Source: Phycisphaeraceae bacterium (lineage in GTDB: Bacteria; Planctomycetota; Phycisphaerae; Phycisphaerales; Zrk34). Taken from it: 64,000 nucleotides of DNA. The position numbers and the translations under genes were made by a program. The number at the start of each line of letters is the position of its first letter. The stretch's first letter is position 1. The notes under the pieces were generated by a model. It ran no database searches, was not told the DNA's origin, and was given only the letters and a program-made list of their open reading frames with translations. Location: assembly GCA_040905565.1 (NCBI GenBank), contig JBBDRF010000005.1, positions 1 to 64,000 of the forward strand, written 5' to 3'. Below are positions 23,401-29,400 of the stretch, piece after piece.

Positions 23401-26400
23401 ACCTGCAGGATGGCGATACGGTCTATGTCGATTCCGGCCACTATGCGCTGAACCGTAACGTGATCATCGACGCCGGCGTGGCGATTGTTGGGGTGGATGC
23501 TGCGGGGCCGGGCGAGACGGTGATTGATCGCGCGAACACCGCCATGGGCAGCTATGCGTTTGAACTTGATGGCGCAACGGGGGCCTCGTTCGAATCGTTG
23601 ACCATCGTCAGCGGCGACCACGGCATCCACGCCGACCGCGACGCGGCCGACTCCATCGGCGTGACCATCACCGACAACCTCTTCTACGACTACGGCGAAG
23701 CGGGCGTCTTCATCGGCATCGGTAACGACGACTGGTTAATTGAAAAGAGCACCTTCGACGGCCGAAGCGGCAACGCGTACGGCATCAACATCAACGCCAG
23801 CGGCACGACCATCCGTGACGTCGAGATGTTTGACCATGACTACGGATACAGCATCCGCGTCGGCGAAGCGTTCAACGCCTCGGCCGAAGGCATCGTGATC
23901 GAAGACAGCCTGATCTACGATCAACTCAACAGTGCCGGGATGTACCTCGACGGCAGCAACATGATCGTCCGCAACAACGTGATCCACAGCACAGGACTCG
24001 GCATTCAGGCGACCACGTCGGATGTGCTGATCGAAGGCAATACGCTCTATAACCAGTCGGGCACGGGCATCAGCGCGGACGTCGGGCCGAACATTGTCAA
24101 CAACATCGTCTACGGCAGCGGCGGCAACGGCATCAGCGGCGGCGCACTGGTGCAGGGCAATGTGGTCTATCAGAACGCGGGCGCGGGGATCTTTCATCAG
24201 CGCGGAGGGGAGATCATCGGCAACCGCGTGTTCGCCAATGATGAAGCCGGCATCGAGGTCAGCTCGCGCTTCGGCCACAGCAGGATCGAAGGCAATCAGG
24301 TCTACAGCAATGAGCACGGGATCATCGCCAGCACGTCCCGCGACATCATCGGCAACCTCGTCTATGACAACGCCCAGGGCAGCCTGCGTATTGAGGACAA
24401 GAGCAACCCGTCGACCGTGGCGAACAACACCATCATCTCCGACGCCGAGGGCGTTCGCGTGCGGAATGGTGCGACCAACATCGACTTCCGCAACAACATT
24501 GTGCAGGTGACGGACGCCGCCGCACTCAGCGTGACGCCGGACAGTCAGGCGGGCTTCAGCAGTGATTTCAACCTTTTCGACGTGCTCGGCGAGACTGGGA
24601 CACTTGCGGAGTGGGGCGACGTGGTCTTCACCGATCGCGTGGATTGGCACTATGAGATCGGCCACGATGCGCAATCGCATTTCGCGGACCCGATGTTCGC
24701 TGGCCCAGCCGGGGCGGACGGGGTGCTTGGCTACGATCACAGCACACAGACCGACTACGGCGTGGATGACGACTTCAGCCTGCTCGCTGATTCGCTGGGC
24801 ATCGCGGCGGGCGATCCTTCCTTCGGCATCGGCAACGAGCCGCACGCCAACGGCGGCCGCATCAACCTCGGCCACCACGGCAACACGGCGGAAGCAACCG
24901 CGGCTGACGACCCGCTGATCAGTTTCTTCAACCTTAGCGATCTGACGAAGCTGGAGCAGGGCGAGGCCTTCGATGTGTCCTTCGTGGCCGCGGGCTACCG
25001 GCAGGAGGTCGCCGCGTACTGGTTCAACATCGGCAACGACACCCATGCACCGTGGGACGCGTTGGCCCCAGAGACCGGCTACAGCCGAACCACCGGCGGC
25101 ACGATCGACCTGAGCATGGTCGACAACGCGGCCCCCGAATCGATCTACCAGTCCTATTATGAGACGAACGAGGGCGACGGCCATGAGATGGACTTCGCGT
25201 GGAGCCTTCAGGAGGGCGAGTATCGCCTGCGGCTGCACTTCGCCGACACCAGTGCCACCTGGTCGACCTCACGCTTCGACGTCCAGATCAACGGCGAAAC
25301 CGTGATCGAGGACCTTGACGTCACCGAAGCGGTCGGCGGGAACTATACGGCGTACATCGAAGAGCTGGGACTGGAGATGACCGAGGCCGGTGAGGTCGAC
25401 CTGCGGCTGATCTCGCGCGAAGGCCGGGCGCACATCGCGGGCATTGAGGTGATTCGCGTGAATCCGGACGGACTCGTGGCTCCGACGTTCACCGTTGAAA
25501 GCACGCTCGACGATGGCAACAGTTGGCAGGTGGTGGAAACCGGGGTGGGCATCGACAGTCAACAAATCGGCTCCGTCACGTGGACGCCTGACGCGGCGAC
25601 GGCCGGACGCGACGCGCGCGTTCGCATAACCGCTGAAGACGGCGCCGCACAGACCGCGACGTCGGATGCGTTCCTGGTCGCCAACGACGGCAATACCTAC
25701 TACATCAATGACGACGCCACGGACAACGACGAATGGGTCACGGCGATCGGCGACAACCTCAACAGCGGCAAGAGTGCGGATAGTCCGATGGCTTCGCTGG
25801 CCGCACTGATGAGCGTGTACGACCTGCAGGATGGCGACACGATCTATGCCGACGCGGGCGATTACCTGCTGCCTCGCAATGTGGTGATCGAGTCGGGCGT
25901 GCACATCATCGGCGTGGAACCCGACGAGAATGGAGAGAACGGCACGGTCTTCGATCGCAACAATCACGCCACCGACAGCTATGTTTTCGAGTTGCATGGC
26001 GCGCACGGAGCCACGTTTGAAGGGCTCGGCATCGTCAGCGGTGAATACGGCATCATCTCGATGGAGGACAATCCCAGCACAAACGTTCAGGTGCTCGGCG
26101 GCTGGTTCTATGATCAATCCGATTACGGCATCGAAATCGAAGCAGACAGCAACAACTGGCTCATCGAAGGTGCGACCTTCGACGGCAATAACCAGAGCCA
26201 GCGTGCCGGCATCTACGTTCTTAACGCGAACGATGTGGTCCTACGCAACAACCACATTTTCGAACAAGACCAGTACGGCATCTCGCTGTTCGGCAGCGGC
26301 AAACGTGCGATCATCGAAGACAACGTTGTGCATGACATCGACGGTTCAGGCATTCAACATAACGCAGACGTGGATGCGGTGTTCCGCAATAACGAAGTCT

Positions 26401-29400
26401 ATGCCAGCGAACTCGGCATTCGCGCTGGCGCGAACGCCTTGATCGAAGACAACCTGGTTTACGACAACATCGACGAAGGTATCGCGGCGGCCGACGACGC
26501 TCTGGTGATCAACAACGTGGCCCACGGGAACAGGTGGGGCATACTCGCTGCCGACGGCGTGAACGTCGAAAACAATGTCTCCTACCTCAACAGCGAACGC
26601 GGCATCTATCATCAGGGTGTGTACTACGGCGAATCGGGCCATGTCGTCGACAACCGTGTGTTCGGCAACCAGGGCGAAGGCATTGCGACCCGCTACGACG
26701 TGGATGTCCGCCGCAACCAGGTCTACACCAACCAGCACGGCATCGCGGTGAGCGGCTCGTCATCGTTCCCCTTCTCCGGCGAAATCAGCAACAACGTCGT
26801 CTACGACAACCTCGATTCTGGCATCAGCGTGGCCCACGTGGACGAAGCGGCTGTGCTGAACAACACCGTTTACCAGCCGGTCGGCGTGGGGGTGAGGCTT
26901 ACGGAGGAGGCGACGGACTTCCAGCTGCGCAACAACATCATCTGGGTCGACCTCGGCACGGCGCTTCGTGTGGACTCGGACACGCAGCCGACCTTCGACA
27001 GCGATTACAACCTGTTCTGGACCGGAGACGTTGACCCCGACGGCGTCGACGCGGTGCTCTGGGGCACGACGGAACTGGCGACGCTGAGCGACTGGCAGAC
27101 GGCGACGGGGCAGGATCTGAGCTCTTTCGATGCCGACCCCCTGTTTGTGGATATCGACGGGCCGGACGACGTGCTCGGCTTCAACGAGATCGTCGATCAG
27201 CAGTTGGTAGACGGCGGTGCGGACGATAACTTCCAGCTCCTGCCTGACTCGCCCGGCATCGACCGCGGCGATACGTACCTGGGCACGCTTGATGACTATC
27301 ACGGCCGTTCGCGCCATGACGATCCGGGAACACCGAACGGAGGCAGCCGGATCTTCAACGAGTCGCTCGGCGGGACGGGTAACTTCACCGAAGTCGGCGA
27401 ACTGTTCAGCACCAGTTCACCTGAGTACTACGAACTGCCGTTCGCGTTCGAATATTACGGGCAGGAGTTTGAGACGCTGCGGATGAATCGCCACGGCGTC
27501 CTTCAGTTCGATTCCTCACGGAGCGACCTGCTCGGCGTGGACCCCACGGCTGAAAATCTACACAACGCGCTCCGCATCGCGCCGTTCTGGGCGGAGATGT
27601 CGACCTATTCCTCGGAGCACGACGGTGTCGGTATCTTCATCGAAGAGGGGACGGATTTCGTGACCTTCCGCTGGCGTGCGGTGGCTGACGCAGACGACGG
27701 CATCGTCAACTTTTCGGTCACGCTCCACGAGGACGGCCGGATCGATTTCGACTACGGCGAGATCACCAGCGACGTCGTCCCGGTCATCGGCCTTGGCGGC
27801 GATCACCCCGAGCGGGTGCAGTTTGCGGCCCATCACGGCAGCAGCAACGTGAGTCATGCCGAGTCGATTCGTTACGATTTTGTGCCGGGCTTTGCGGATA
27901 TCGGGGCGTTCGAGTTTGTCGGCTCCAGCGATGACGACACCCCCCCCACCGTCGTCGGCACCACACCCGCCGGCATCGCTGCGGGGGCGGCGAACGACGG
28001 CATCGAATCGTTCACGCTGCACTTCAGCGAAGCGCTCGACCCGATCAGCGCCGAGGCGCCCGCGAGCTATGAGTTGCTGGTGGGCGACGGCAACGGCGGG
28101 TTCGATGGCGCGATCGACCTCACGCCTTCGTACCAGCTTGGGGACACGGAAGTGCTGCTGGAGATCGATGGCGAGCCGCTCGAAGAGGGTGTCTATCAGT
28201 TGACCGTCTCCGCCGATGCGATCCGCAACGAGTCGGGCCTCAGGCTTGACGGCGACAGCTCCGGCGCGGCCGGCGGCGACTATGTCGCAGAGTTCGCCAT
28301 TGCCGACGCCCCCAGCGCCGCCCTGACCGTGAGCGACCTGCTCGCGGCCGGCGTTGTTGAGCATACTTTCACCATCGACTATGCCGCCGCGGCGGGGCTC
28401 GATCTCAGCACCATCGAAAACAACGACACGGCCATCCGCGTGACCGGCCCCGACGGCTTTGATCAGACTGCAGAGTTCGTCGAGATGACCGGCGACGCGC
28501 AATCCGCCAGCGTGACCTATCAACTGACCGCCCCCGGGGCGACATGGACGGGCGACGATACCGGCACCTACACCATTGCCATTCTCGAAGATCAGGTGTT
28601 CGACACCGGCGGCGTGGCGGTGCCCGTCGGGCCGCTGGGCACGTTCGAAGTTGACATCGACGGCGTCGCCCCCGAAGCAGCGCTCACGGTCGATCCCATC
28701 ACGACCGGCTTCGGCACGGACCATACCTTCACCATCACCTATAGCGATGATCGCGAGCTTGACCTCACCAGCATCGAAGACAACGACGCTGCGGTCCGCG
28801 TCACCGGCCCCAGCGATTTCGACCAGCTGGCGGAGTTCGTCAGTGTCGACGTGACCGGCGGAGAAGCGGTCGCAACCTATCGCATCACCGCACCGGATGG
28901 GCAGTGGCTCACGGCGGATAACGGCACGTACAGCATTGCCGTCGAAGACGAGCAGGTGTTCGATGCGGCGGCGAATGTGCTTGATGTCGGGACGCTGGGC
29001 AGCTTCGCGGTTGATGTGAACACCGCCTCGCCTGAGGTGGCGGTGGCCGTTTCGAATCTGCGTGAAGTGGATCAGGATCACCACGCTTTCACCATCACCT
29101 ACACCGACAATCTGGCGCTGGATCTGGCGACGCTCGAGAACAATGACACTGCCATCCGCGTGACCGGGCCGAACGACTATGACCAGTTCGCGAGCTTTGT
29201 TTCGATGACCGGCGATACTGATTCGGCGACCGTGACGTACCACATCACCCCGCCTGATGACCTGCTCTGGAGCGAGGCGGACAACGGCACCTATGCGATT
29301 GCGATGGAGCCGGGCGCGGTGGCGGATGTTGACGGCAACGCGGTGGCTGCGGGTCCGCTCGCCGAGTTCGACGTGCGCATCGGGCTGGGGACGGAGCTTG

